A stretch of DNA of 64,000 nucleotides. Source: Saccostrea cucullata. Taxonomy: Eukaryota. Positions 26,439 to 39,411 of the stretch are shown here, piece by piece. A model generated the notes under the pieces. That model had not been told where the DNA came from, made no database searches, and saw only the letters and a program-made list of their open reading frames with translations. A program made the translations under genes and the position numbers. Numbering within the stretch: position 1 is the stretch's first letter; the number at the start of each line of letters is the position of its first letter. The stretch covers positions 62,001 to 126,000 of the forward strand of contig NW_026925239.1 of assembly GCF_032062105.1 (NCBI RefSeq). Reading direction: 5' to 3'.

Positions 26439-26768
26439 AAAAAGCTTTTACCTTGGCCATAACTTTAGAACAGTTAGGGCTAGGACTTTCATAGTTCACA
26501 TATATAATCCTTTTGACAAGTCCTTTCTTTTAAAACCAACAACTTTGACCCTTTGACCTTGACCATGGAGTTTGACCTAACTTTAAAATACTTTAACCTT
26601 GGTCATAACTATGAACAGATGGTGCTTATTAATTGGGCTTTTTGAAATCTGTATTTCTTGTGAGAAGGCCTTACTTTGGGTACCAACATATTTGATTTGC
26701 ATTTGAGAAGTTCAACCTTCACTGTGTTGTCGTACAGGGGCATCAGTGTTTCACAAACACATCTTGTT
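26073..26768 (+). mobile_element. HINE-type element (family D) with ~147-bp degenerate array
   Basis: TTATGCCC 5' end, GTCC/GTCT microsatellite, repeated TTTGACCCTTTGACCTTG units, 3' GGGGCAT + GTGTTT-CAC-AAACAC hairpin + CTTGTT. Confidence 0.75.
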
Positions 26769-28747
26769 TTTTTTTTTTTGCAACAAAAATTTGTTTCAGG
26801 GGGTATTTGTCCCATTAGGACCGCCAATAGATCTATTTTGAGACATTTTTTCCTACGTAATACTCTGTATTTCCAAGTACTACAGACTGATAAAATCTTA
26901 CTCAATGCTGACAGTATTAGTCTATATGTATAATTACACCATTGTACAGTTACATAAGAATTATGAATTATGATGCAAACAAAGAATAAAAACTCTTGAA
27001 ATGTATACTTGTAAAATGTATCTGAATAAGTAGTACCTGGTACCACTGGTAATTGCCTTACTTCCTTCAGTAAGAACATGTATAATCTATCAAATTAAGG
27101 AAAATGTGGTGTTATTTAATTTTTTTTCAAATGTCATATCATATATTGCATCATTTAAATAAGATCAAGCACACTTTATGATTTCTTGGAGCATGCTTAA
27201 TGCCATCTTTTTTTTTTTTTTTTTGCATATTTTTTTTATCTTGTGAAATTAACCTACTTTTGAAATATAAAGATCAGATGTAGGAAGGCTATGTTCTTGG
27301 CCTTCATTATACATCATTTTCATCGTCTTATCAAATTTTGCAAGAGAGACAACTCTGTAAAGTCTATTAGTAATACAGTTTTAACAAATTACTATAAGAA
27401 TGCCCACCCTTTTCTATTTAAAATATAGATATATTTGCAAAAGCACATTTAATTTACTCTGGTACTACAATACATGTATGTGATATGTAATCTTTTTATT
27501 CATGCACATAATGTCATGTATATGTCTAACTTGAAACTCGGGGAATTATTTGGTTTTTTCTCCGGTTCATAAATATTTTGGATATTCTAGACTTGCATTT
27601 AAAATAAGTGTAATATTGATTTAGTTTCTATAGATTGACCCTTTCTTCACATGCATACAGATGCTGGTATGTCACTAATATTACCCAAAAATTTTTATTA
27701 CATTTGTATTTCAATGATAATTTTCAAGAAAAATAATGCATTAAAATTTCCCTTGCCTAATCTTTCAAGATGGGCAATGCATGCAAATTGGAGAGCATTA
27801 ACCTATAGATCTAAGTTTGGTTAAATCAGAATTTATTAATCTCACCAAGATATCCCATGCAAAACCTTTGATCTTAAGAATCTTTAATCTACAAGACTAA
27901 CTCCCTTGAGTTTTTACATTGGACAAATTCCTAAAATTATGATTGGCATTTTTGATTGCCATTTTAATTTGAAGGCTGAATAAACAAACCAAGCACTTTG
28001 GCCAAGTTCCATCTTCCAAGAAAAAAGATAAATGAATTGGAGACTTTGTAATAGTCAGTTCAGAGTCGGATACTGTTGTCAGGCAGGCATCAAGTCAGCA
28101 TCAACTGGGATCTGATGAATGAGACAAAACTCTAGTTACAGTTCACACCTGATTACTTCTCCATCACAAGCTAAAACTTTCTGTGATATATGGAGAAAGA
28201 TATTGAGAGATGGAGAGAAAGACTCAAAGTATATTCCATAGATCTTATACAATGACATAAAAAAGGGGGCTAAAAAACTGCTTCTTATTCTGTTATCAGT
28301 TTTACCGTTTCTTGTATTTCTAATTTATCAGAACAGTTCTGAATTAAGTCTTTACTCTGGATGTAGGTCAGTGTATCTTGCATCTTCAAGATAAAACTGT
28401 CCTGGTTAATTTAAACAAATTATTTCATCTGTGATTGCATCTTTTTCAGATGGTGATCAAAGAATGCCATTGAAAAGATAAAAAACCTTGCAGCAACCTA
28501 ACTGACCTCAATCATTAAGGTAATTAGCATATGCCCTTACCAATACAAGATTTACCATAAATTAAGGTTTAAAAAAATATTTACTTAAGAATCAGGAAAA
28601 AGTGAAGGGTGAGCATAGGAAAGAGATATAACATTGGCTGTGAAACTGGCATGCCTGTGTACCTGTTGTTATAGGGAGAGATTAGGAGGTAATTAGAGGG
28701 TACAGAAATATTGTTGAAGCTGTCGTGGAGGAGACTGGGTTCTTTTT

Positions 28748-30220
28748 GGCACCGTGTAATTCATGGACTGGAGTCTTGGAGTGGAGTTATGGAGTGGAGT
28801 TTGGAGTGGAGTTTGGAGTCAATTTTTGGAGTCTGAGATTTTCTTTAAACATAATTATGCAGATTTTTTTTCAGAAATGGCATTTGTATGATTGTCTTTA
28901 ATATTCTAAAATAATCTATTGGCAAGATAAACCTCTAATTTAATAAATATTTGGTACATTTGTAAAAACATTGTAAGTATGTTGAACATCATTATTGAAC
29001 TAATAACCACCTAAATCAAAATTAATTGATAACTTCCTACAACTATTAACCTAAATAAAACTGATTGGTAATGTGGTCAAAGACCTAATAATTCTAACAA
29101 ACCGTTGTAATTTAAAATATCTAAGAACAACAAAATCAGCTAGGGGTCATGTCACTACATGTAAAAAATAAGTCAATTAAAGCAACGTAATATTTTTTCA
29201 ATTTAATATACCCCTCTTAGAAACCAGGAGTGTATGTAGTAATGGGTTGTCTGTCCGTCCATCTGTCTGTACCTCAGTCCGTCTGTTACGCTTTGTTGTA
29301 CCCTCAGAGAATCTTTATTATATAATGCCATTGTGCACTTCCTATTTTACTTTTTGATCCGGCACATATTTTGGGTTTCCCATTGCAAAACATGGAGACT
29401 GCCATTATATTCATATGTGAGGCAGGGGTATCATTTATGTCTGGAATAAACAAAAAAAAATGAAAAGAGGGTGCGGTGTGTTCTGCTTAAATGATTTTTG
29501 ATGGTTGTAAGGCACTTGCATCTTTATGCAATACTCTCAGAATGTTTAGGGTATTATTTTATAAGAACTACATAAAAACAATAGAGGTTATTATGTATGT
29601 GTACAAATTTGCAAAAATCAAACAACCTTGTAACAGTTTACTAATCTACATATACAGCTGTGTGGTCCAAATCCTGTGAAAGTTTCAACAGACATAACAG
29701 AGATGTGACAGAAAGATATAATTTAGATTAAGGGTTTTTATCACCTTCCAATTATGCACTGAAAGCAATAGGGTTCATAATTGATATAACAGTTAAATTT
29801 AATTAAACAGGATATACTGTCACTGTTTTAGGTAACATACCAGTAATAATTAATAATGAAAGATCTTTCAGTTACATAATCTCAAAGAATTGTTATTCTA
29901 AGTGTTACATAATTATGTTTAAAGAAAATCTCAGACTCCAAAAATTGACTCCAAACTCCGCTCCAAACTCCACTCCATAACTCCACATACTTACAATGTA
30001 TATACAAATGTACCAAATATTTATTAAATTAGAAGTTTATCTTGCCAATAGATTATTTTAGAATATTAAAGACAATCATACAAATGCCATTTCTGAAAAA
30101 AAATTCTGCATAATTATGCTTAAAGAAAATCTCAGACTCCAAAAATTGACTCCAAACTCCATTCCAAACTCCACTCCATAACTCCACTCCAAGACTCCAG
30201 TCCATGAATTACACGGTGCC
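28748..30220. mobile_element. Non-autonomous MuDR/foldback-like element with long TIRs
   Basis: TIR GGCACCGTGTAATTCATGGACTGGAGT... (~235 bp, GGAGT subrepeats), 9-bp TSD GTTCTTTTT (28739-28747 / 30221-30229). Confidence 0.9.
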
Positions 30221-31817
30221 GTTCTTTTTAGCCCTGTAATAGAGATGTATTAACTTCTGTGGAGTTTGGCACTTTGTGGTCGAGGAGAGCAGTGAGAGGG
30301 GGCTTTGTTGATGTCACTGTCATACAGGGTGGCTGTTTATAGTTTCTGTAGGATTTTTTCTGTTCTGAAAGAGGCAGAGAGAGTAAAGAAGTCTAGGCAT
30401 AAACAGCAAGTGTGCATATCTGCAATTCAGTATAATCAGCAAAATTTTATGGTATTTTTTTCTAATTTGAATTTGCTGATAAAAAATTTTATAAAAAATA
30501 AAATTTTCCATTGTCGTTAACAGTAACTTTTAATATTTTCGTCTTTTTCTTAAGAATTTCAGCACAAATTGCCACTATGCATCCTTGGATGAAGGGGATT
30601 TAAGTTTGTTCAATTGAAGGGAATCTTTCATATGGAGATAATTAAAGTGAAACCTGTCTTATCTGGTTTGCAAAAGGAGACAAACTTTGTGTCGGAATAG
30701 ACAAGGTATCGAATTGCACTGTGAGTGTAAAAACTTATTGAAAATTATAAAATTGGAAAGAAACCTTATATCAGATTTCACAGTGTTTTGGATTGTACAG
30801 GTGTTGGATAAGACAGTTTTCACTGTAATGAAGAATGTCATATTTTTAAAAAAAAATTCCCCTTGTGAATAAGCTAAGGAGGCATCAATAACCTTTAGTA
30901 GAAACAATTTTCTTCCGAATCAATGTAATTTGTCATCAATTTATTTTTTGGAAAAATTCAACTAATATCATTATTGGCTTATAAATAACACATTACAGTT
31001 TATTTTCAGACAGTTAATTTCTTCTTATGTCCGCAAATGACAAGTGGTTTTGTGTAACACAAATTGATGGCTTTAGTTGTTTATTAAGCTTATTTATCAT
31101 CAATAAGGTTTTTCCTGTTATTGCTGCAGCCAGATAATAGCTCAGTCTTCTCTCCATATGGTCTGGTATTTTTTCTGCTGAATCAGCATTGTCCAGGAAT
31201 GGATTTTTATCCTCTCTGTCGAGTTCAGAGTCTTGCTAGATCTTGGTAACCTTCCCAAACTCCTTACAAATCTATACTGATGCAATTTCTCTTTGCACTG
31301 CAAGCTAAGCACTTTAGTGACTGATGAAAGAGGAAATGGCTGTAACAATCCCATTGAATACATCCTAATGCAAGGTCATCTTGATTTGATATTCTATTTC
31401 TTATACCTTGTAAACCAGAAATATTTGCTTAACTGGTTAACAATGTCTTCTCTTTTGTATTTAATAATAAAATTTGTAACTAAATTAATTGAAATAACTT
31501 TAAGTAACTTCAGTTCATAGTCTAATTTAGCATATTCACTATGTTCTCTTTATAATCTTTTTCTCTGAAAGTACATGTTTTCTTAACATTTGGACTTAAT
31601 GAAAGCAATGTCATTGGTCAATTGGTTGCTTAATGACTTTATTTGTCTGTAAAACAACTTTAACCTGATCAGTGTTTAAGTCTCTTCTAAGTGCACAATA
31701 TTGATCAGTCTTGTAACCGCATTTTGATTTTTTCTTCCTATAGAGTTAAGGAGGGCAGATTAGGAGCAATAAATCAGTGGTTATGGTTTGATATTTCTGT
31801 CACACTATTGATTGTAG

Positions 31818-32060
31818 ATGACGAGAGAGGAGAAGTCACACCTGAGTGACTCTACACAGTATTCTTACATGCCTAATGCCTCCAACGTAAACACACCAGA
31901 CGAGAAGGTCTACTTAAGTCCCTTTAACAATATGGAGCCTGGGTCAGGCGAGACGGAGGAGGAAGCCTGTGGGTGGCTGGGGTGCCGCCACGCGGCCCTA
32001 AGGAGGTTCCGACACCCCACCTGGGTCTTGGTGTTTCTGTGCTGGGCTGGGGCTATACAG
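31818..32060 (+). CDS. SLCO4A1: SLCO4A1-like OATP, alternative first coding exon 1a (81 codons)
   Basis: MTREE...ACGWLGCRHAALRRFRHPTWVLVFLCWAGAIQ then CAG|GTGAGT phase-0 donor; matches the pre-TM1/TM1 region of OATP4A1. Confidence 0.88.
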
Positions 32061-33486
32061 GTGAGTTAATTACAGGTATTATAAGGTGTGATGTGACTTT
32101 ACAAATATTATTAGATGTATGTGTGAATAAAGGATATATTTTTCAAATCAGAATGGAAATAGGAGGGGAAGGTTGTAGTTTGTTATTTTGTCATCTGTAT
32201 TGGACAGGTGTTAGTAAATGGGGGAGTACAGACAGCGTAATTAGTTTCTTGAGGGGGAAAGAGGAGGAGATGCTTAACATATTGCTCCCACCTTAACAGA
32301 AAGGAGTAATTTGTTTTGAAATGGGGTATGGAAGTGGTTTAGGTTGATTAACTAGAAAATAAAAATTAAAGTTTTCATAATGTACAGGTATAAGATTATG
32401 CAACAGGTGTTAAATGTCAACTCATGTAGAAAAAAAGGAATGGTTTAGTTGTGATCAGCATAAGAATTAATCACAATGCTTTTTTTAAAAACATTATATT
32501 AAAGGCAAAGTAAATTTTATTACGCCTTATGTAGACCTATAGAGCTTATGTTGAAAACTCAGGTAGTATAAATTGCCCATAAATCATCCACCCCAAAATA
32601 ACCTGAGTTGAATTGAAGTCCAAATGGTTCCCAATGTTTGCACATTTCTAGTGTGCATTCATAGATTCATTTTATTAGCATATTTTTCTCAGTTTAGAAT
32701 TTATTTTTCCATTGACTGATAGAAGGTATTAGGGTAATGATCCGCACTGATTGGTCAGTTATCGGTGTACCATACATCATAAGGGGGTGTATTAAATTTA
32801 CCGTGAAAGATGGCTCTGTATTGATGTTTTCTCAGCCTTTAACCCTGTTCACTGATGCTTTCTGCATTTAATTTTTGTGCTGTTTGCTGAGCAAACATAG
32901 TTTCCTTTAAGATAATCTGATCATCCCTTCTTTCACAGCTGAGTTTTTACTTGTCATCATTGTGAAAGTTGTTGTTTTTTTTGTTTTGTTGGGAGTTATT
33001 TGCCTGTATGGTTTTCTGACAGGTACTTGTGTATTTTAACGCTGTATTAAACACTTACTACAAAAACACAAAAATAAACTCCTCCAAAGAAGATCACATA
33101 TGTACGAGTATAGCATGCATGTCTCCTATAGGGGGATCCGTATATACTTAAATGAATTTATTCAGATTTTTAAAAAATTGAAATGATACACATAAAAAAA
33201 AGAAACTCAAAAGTTTATTAAAACCCAGAAAGACCGTCAACATTATAAATAAATAAACAGAGAAGTAATTTTCATTTCCTTTAGGTTTCAGACAAATTAT
33301 TTACATAACTGAGTATAAAGATGTTGCATAAAAATGTTCCTAGCACTTCAGTAAAAACATGTTTTACTGCAGTGATATGCAGCTTAATTTATATCTGTAT
33401 GGAAATCATGCTTCACATTCAGTTAAGAAAGGAAACTGTCAGGTATAATCAAAAGAAATGCTCTGTCAACCCAAAAATTGTCATTT

Positions 33487-35240
33487 TTAGCTCTACTGGT
33501 CAGAGACCAGAAGAGCTTATGCGATAGTAATGCGTCCGGCGTCCGTCCGTCTGTCCGTCTGTCTGTCTGTCTGTCTGTCTGTAAACAATTTTTCAAAATG
33601 CTACTCCTCCTACAATCTGATTTCAATATAACTTGGCATATAAGTAGACTACACTAAGATACATAATTCTGTGTACGATGAACGGTGTTGGCATTGTTAC
33701 TAAAAATAGAAATTTCTGTGAAATTCTTTCAAAATGCTACTCCTCCTACAGTTTTGGTCTGATTTCAATATAACTTGGCACACAAGTAGACTACACTAAG
33801 ATACATAATTCTGTCTATCGGTTTTTGATTTCAACGAACGGTGTTGACGTTGTTACTAAAAATAGAAATTTCTGTGAAATTCTTTCAAAATGCTACTCCT
33901 CCTACAGTTTTGGTCTGATTTCAGTATAACCTGGCACACAAGTAGACTACACTAAGATACATAATTCTGTGTATCGGTTTTTGATTTCAACGAACGGTGT
34001 TGACGTTGTTACTAGAAATAGAAATTTCTATGAAATTCTTTCAAAATGCTACTCCTCCTACAGTTTTGGTCTGATTTCAGTATAACCTGGCACACAAGTA
34101 GACTACACTAAGATACATAATTCTGTGTATCGGTTTTTGATTTCGACGAACGGTGTTGGCGTTGTTACTAGAAATAGAAATTTCTTTGAAATTCTTTCAA
34201 AATGCTACTCCTCCTACAGTTTTGGTCTGATTTCAATATAACCTTGGCACACAAGTAGACTACACTAAGATACATAATTCTGTGTATCGGTTTTTGATTT
34301 CGACGAACGGTGTAGGCGTTGTTACTAAAAATAGAAATTTCTATGAAATTCTCTCAAAATGCTACTCCTCCTACAGTTTTGGTCTGATTTCAATATAACT
34401 TGGCACACAAGTAGACTACACTAAGATACATAATTCTGTATATCGGTTTTTGATTTCAACGAACGGTGTTGGCGTTGTTACTAAAGATAGAAATTTCTGT
34501 GAAATTCTTTCAAAATGCTACTCCTCCTACAGTTTTGGTCTGATTTCAATATAACTTGGCACACAAGTAGACTACACTAAGATACATAATTCTGTGTATC
34601 GGTTTTTGATTTCGACGAATGGTGTAGGCGTTGTTACTAAAAATAGAAATTTCTTTGAAATTCTTTCAAAATGCTACTCCTCCTACAGTTTTGGTCTGAT
34701 TTCAATATAACTTGGCACACAAGTAGACTACACTAAGGTACATAATTCTTTATATCCGTTTTTGACTTCAATGAACATTATTACCTTGGTTAATAAAGAT
34801 AGCAATTTCTGTTACTCTCAAAATGCTACTTCAAATACAGTTTTAGTCTGATTATAATATACTGTATACAGGGAAATTTTCGCTCCCGTTTTATTTTCGC
34901 CCCTTTCGCCCTCTCCTTGATTGGACGAATTTAAAACGGGGCGAATTCAAATTAAACCTCATAATTTCTTGAGCAGAACTGTGACTGGACAAATTTAAAA
35001 GGGGGGAAAACTGTGCATAAGTTCAAAAGGGCGAAAATAACACGGGGCGAAAATAACCCTGTATACAGTAATGTGGCATGCAAGTAGACTATACTAAGAA
35101 CATAAAGAAACTTATTCAAGGATCATTATTCTCTTTTTTGCTAGTGTAAAGTTTCAATTCCCAACTGCTTAAGTACTTTCCTCTTCCTTTGCTATAAGAA
35201 CAAACCAGTAGAGCTTCAGTCTCGACAGAGACTTCTGGTT
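33487..35240 (+). mobile_element. HINE family A with 156-bp array (~8.5 units)
   Basis: Same termini and unit as the other two copies. Confidence 0.9.
34862..35068. mobile_element. Tc1/mariner-like MITE nested in HINE
   Basis: TA-CTGTATACAGGG...CCCTGTATACAG-TA. The empty site (ATAATATAATTTGGC) is visible in the HINE copy near 5755. Confidence 0.85.
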
Positions 35241-35455
35241 CACAAAGTATTCAACAATAGTCAAGACAATGGAAAAGTTGGCACTGTATTTAAAGAGTGC
35301 AGTTTGGCTGTTCTCTAAGTATGGTCTTTATTTTGCTCTGTGCAACTGTTCATACGGTAATTACTCTTCAAACCTTGTTCTATGTACCCTAAATTCTTTA
35401 AAATAATTTGATGGAAACGTGGTGCATACATAAATACATTTCATCTTGTTCCAAT

Positions 35456-35671
35456 GCTGTGAAATCACTAATTTTCGTGGGGATTTAATTTTCGTGGTTT
35501 TTGAGGTATGAAGAGATCCACGAATTTATGTCCACAACAAAATGCAATTTTATACATATATTTATACTACTGAACAATTCATCAACCACGAAATCAAATC
35601 CTCATGAACCAATATATTTTCCTCAAACCAAGAAAATTTTACCCCCTCGAAAATATGTGAATTTTACTGTA
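35456..35671. mobile_element. Degenerate mariner-like MITE
   Basis: CTGTGAAATCACTAATTTTCGTGG ... GTGAATTTTACTGTA with TTTTCGTGG subrepeats; a related remnant lies at ~54925-55088. Confidence 0.55.
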
Positions 35672-37048
35672 TTTAGAGTCACCGAGAATTATAAAAAACA
35701 GAAAAGTAGGAAATTCTATACAAATGAATTAAGCCATTTGTTAATGAAGATTAATAATGAAATGATGCACTTTAAAGGGCAGTCATTTTACATCCTGCTT
35801 TTCAACAGAAGAAAGTTGTAATGAAATTAGTATCCTAATTGTATAGAGTGTAGTAAATAACTTAATGGGAATAAGATTACACAAATAGTAAGGATTTTAA
35901 ATAAGTAAAATATGTATCTTTTAAGCCACTGAATAAATAGAAATTCACTTAATAAGGGTGTTGCATATATCTTTATTGAATCTTAACAAAAGACCTATTT
36001 GAGGAGAGAGTATGTGAAAGGAAACATTAAGAGAGCAGTGACATTGTAGGGATCTGTAAATATCTAAGGGATTTAGTTTTTGTGTGCTATACCAGAGGAC
36101 TCCAAATATTCCGCTGATTTATTGAAGCTTGATGTAGATCCATCACCATACTTCTTTCGGAGGTTTGGCCATCTTGGACTGAAGGCAATTTATTGTAGAC
36201 TTCATAGTTATGTCTTTTGGGATTCTGAGCATTTTTGTCATATTACTGGTGCAAAATTGCTAATTTCACGGATAGTGGTCCACTTTTTGCGGACACAATT
36301 GGAAAAGGAAGAAATTCAATACTATAAAGGAAGTGTGTTGTGTGAAGTCGCATTTTACGTCATATGCTATATAACTGCTCTTTTGACAAACAATATTGTG
36401 CTGATTTGAACAAATAATATTGGCTGTTTTATAAGTCATCCTTTGGTAAATGGAGTGGATGAAAATATATAACTGTTATGTGCCTGCATATTGTATTACT
36501 GACTCTGATGACTGACGAGGGAATTGGTTTTGTGCATTATTTGTAATTTACTGAATGAGTTTGACGAGTTGGGAAGATTTGTACAGATTATATTGCCATA
36601 TTGACGAGTTTATTTCATTACATCGAGAGATTCATTTCCATATGAGATCAGAATAAAAAAAAGTGACCGTTGGTGCCAGGACACAGGCATGGTCAGACGA
36701 TATAATATATGCTCAGTGGCCAGCGAACATGATAAGCGTATCATTTAGTAGTCACTATTAATGATGACACCCTGGATCAGGATATAGGTACTTTGCACTG
36801 CATTCACCGACACGTTATTTTCACCGTTACATGAAAATTTTCCTGGTTACACTCGGCTGAGTCCTACGGAGGATCACCCAACTTCCTTTATATTTAGGAC
36901 GTTGCAAAAACCACTTGCGCATCACCATGTGAAGAAAAAAAAATATATAGCAAGGAAAAGAGTGAGGTTCATGGAAAGGTTGCACTGTATTAGTGCACAG
37001 TATCAATAATTTATATTTTTATGAGTGGTGTTAAATTGCTGGGAGAAG

Positions 37049-37447
37049 ATGAGTAAGAATTTAAAACGGTGCCTTTCTGGAGATGTGGACAGCATAGAGA
37101 TGTACATACTGCCAGAGTCAGGCCCCGGGGAGGGGCTGAAGGGGTCATACCAAGGAGAATCTTACAGCTCTACATTAGACTCGACGACAGGTGGCAATAC
37201 CTCAGGTGTGTTTGGTAATACAGAAGATTACAATAAAACTAAAGTGTCTGATATGTACACAGAGGTATCTGACGACATGGAGGGTGGATTTGACTTCTCG
37301 AGGAAAAAGTCTTCGCAGGGAAAGGATTACGATCTCGAAGAAGAGCCTGCCTATTGCTCGTACTGTGGCTTTCGTTTTCTGAGATTTACCCCCACCAGTT
37401 TCCGAGTCCTCATACTGCTAGCTCTTTCTGCGGCGGCCTTTGTACAG
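37049..37447 (+). CDS. SLCO4A1: SLCO4A1-like OATP, alternative first coding exon 1b (133 codons)
   Basis: MSKNL...YCSYCGFRFLRFTPTSFRVLILLALSAAAFVQ then CAG|GTAATG phase-0 donor. AAAFVQ matches the OATP4A1 TM1 segment CAAAFLQ|GM. Confidence 0.82.
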
Positions 37448-37567
37448 GTAATGTGTTCTAACAAGCATTTCAAACTTCTGGGTTTTTTTTTTTACTTTCA
37501 TTCTTTTTGATAAAAATGTGTGATATTTTTTGTCCAGATTTAAGATATACCTGAAGTCATTGACTTT

Positions 37568-37685
37568 TTAGGTCACCTGAGTAAACTCAGGTGACCTATT
37601 GCTATCCGTTTTCGTCCGTCGTCGTGCGTTGTGCGTCGTGCGTTAACATTTGAACATTTTCAGCTTCTTCTCTGCAACCACTGAA

Positions 37686-37716
<31 letters not shown>

Positions 37717-38601
37717 TATGGGTGAAGGGGAACAAAAATTGTGAATTTCATGATCCCTGCCCCCCTGGGGCCTGAGGGGTGGGGCCAAAACCACTAAAAT
37801 TAATGCAATCTTAAAAAATCTTCTTCTTTACTCCTGGAAATCAAGCAGTCAAACTGTTTGCATGATTGTAATTTCCTCTACCAAAATTGTGATATATTCA
37901 TGGCCCTGGGGTCAGGGGTTCTAGTGCTAGGGTGGGGCTAAATAATTAGGTAGTGAAAATGCATTATTTCTTTGAAATTCTTCTTTTCTGCTCCTGGGTA
38001 TTAAATAAACCAACTAAATACATAGTTATGATGAGCAAGAGTGCCTCTACCAAAATTGTGAATTTTATGGCCCCAGGGAGGGGTTCTGGTGTTAGGGCGG
38101 GGCTCTATTGATTATATAGTAAAAAAACATGAATGAAAATCTTCTTCTCTGCTCCTTATTTACTAAGTGCATAGTTATGTTGAGCTAGAGTGCCTCTACC
38201 TGAATTTTAAGGCCCCAGGGTCAGGGGTTCTGATGTTAGGGCGTCGCTCTATTAATTATGTAGTAAAAATACATTAATTTTTCGAAAATTTTCTTCTCTG
38301 CTCCTGGGTATTAAATAAACTAACTAAGTGCATAGTTATGATGAGCAAGAGTGCCTCTACCAAAATTGTGAATTTTATGGCCCCAGGGTCAGGGGTTCTG
38401 GTGTTAGGGCGGGGCTATATAGATTATATAGTGAAAATGCATTATTTCTTTGAAAATATTTTTCTCTGCTCCTGGGTATTAAATAAACCAACTAAGTGCA
38501 TAGTTATGATGAGCAAGAGTGCCTCTACCAAAATTGTTAATTTAATGGCCCCAGGGTCAGGGGTTCTGGTGTTAGGGCGGGCCTATATAGATTATAGAGT
38601 G

Positions 38602-38635
<34 letters not shown>

Positions 38636-39411
38636 GCTCCTGGGTATTAAATAAACAAACTAAGTACATAGTTATGATGATCAAGAGTGCCTCTACCAAA
38701 ATTGTGAATTTTATGGCCCCAGGGTCAGGGGAAATGATTATATAGTGAAAATACATGAATTCTTTGAAAATCTTCTTCTCTGCTCCTAGGATTTAAATAA
38801 ACTAAGTACATAGTTATGATGAGCAGGAATGCCTCTTCAGAAATTGTATATTTTATAGCCCCAGGGTCAGGGGTTTGGTGTCAGGGCGGGGCTCTATTGA
38901 TTATAAAGTGAAAATACATTAAGTCTTTGAAAATCTTCTTCTCTGCTCTAGGGTATTAAGCAGATGAACTACCTATGTAGTTATGATGGACAAGGGCCCT
39001 AATCTTCAAGAATTGTGAATTTCAAGGCCCCAGGGTCAGGGGTACCATAGAAGAGGGGGGTGGGGGCTCTACTAATATACTGAAAATGAATGAATGGTTT
39101 GAAATTTGCTCCTTGATATTAATCAAATATCAAGGCCTAAGGGTCGGGGGTTCATGTGTGGTAGGGGCACTACTGATTATTGCTGAATATTACTGATTAG
39201 TTGAAATGCATTTTTTGCTCCCCTACCCTGGGTATTGGCATTAAGTTAACAAACTAAGCAACTGTTAAGTGTATTGTTATGATGATCAATGGTGCCTCTT
39301 TCAAAATTGTGAATGCCATAGCATCTGGCTTAAAACATGAATCAAATTCAATCACTGGAAAGTTTGTTGCATAATGCTCAGGTGACCTATAAGGCCCATG
39401 GGCCTCTTGTT
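37568..39411 (+). mobile_element. HINE family B carrying ~168-bp (Cg170-like) satellite units
   Basis: 5' AGGTCACCTGAG-TAAA-CTCAGGTGACCT hairpin, GTCC/GTGC microsatellite, ~168-bp units, 3' CTCAGGTGACCT + AGGCCCATGGGCCT + CTTGTT. Confidence 0.88.

Noticed and set aside
17200-31700. Isolated strong splice donors (e.g. AAG|GTGAGT at ~21636, ~25766) as SLCO 5'UTR exons
   Set aside because: Non-coding exons cannot be delimited without transcript data.
36080-36409. 109-aa ORF upstream of exon 1b
   Set aside because: TTG start and no recognisable domain; more likely 5'UTR or promoter of exon 1b.
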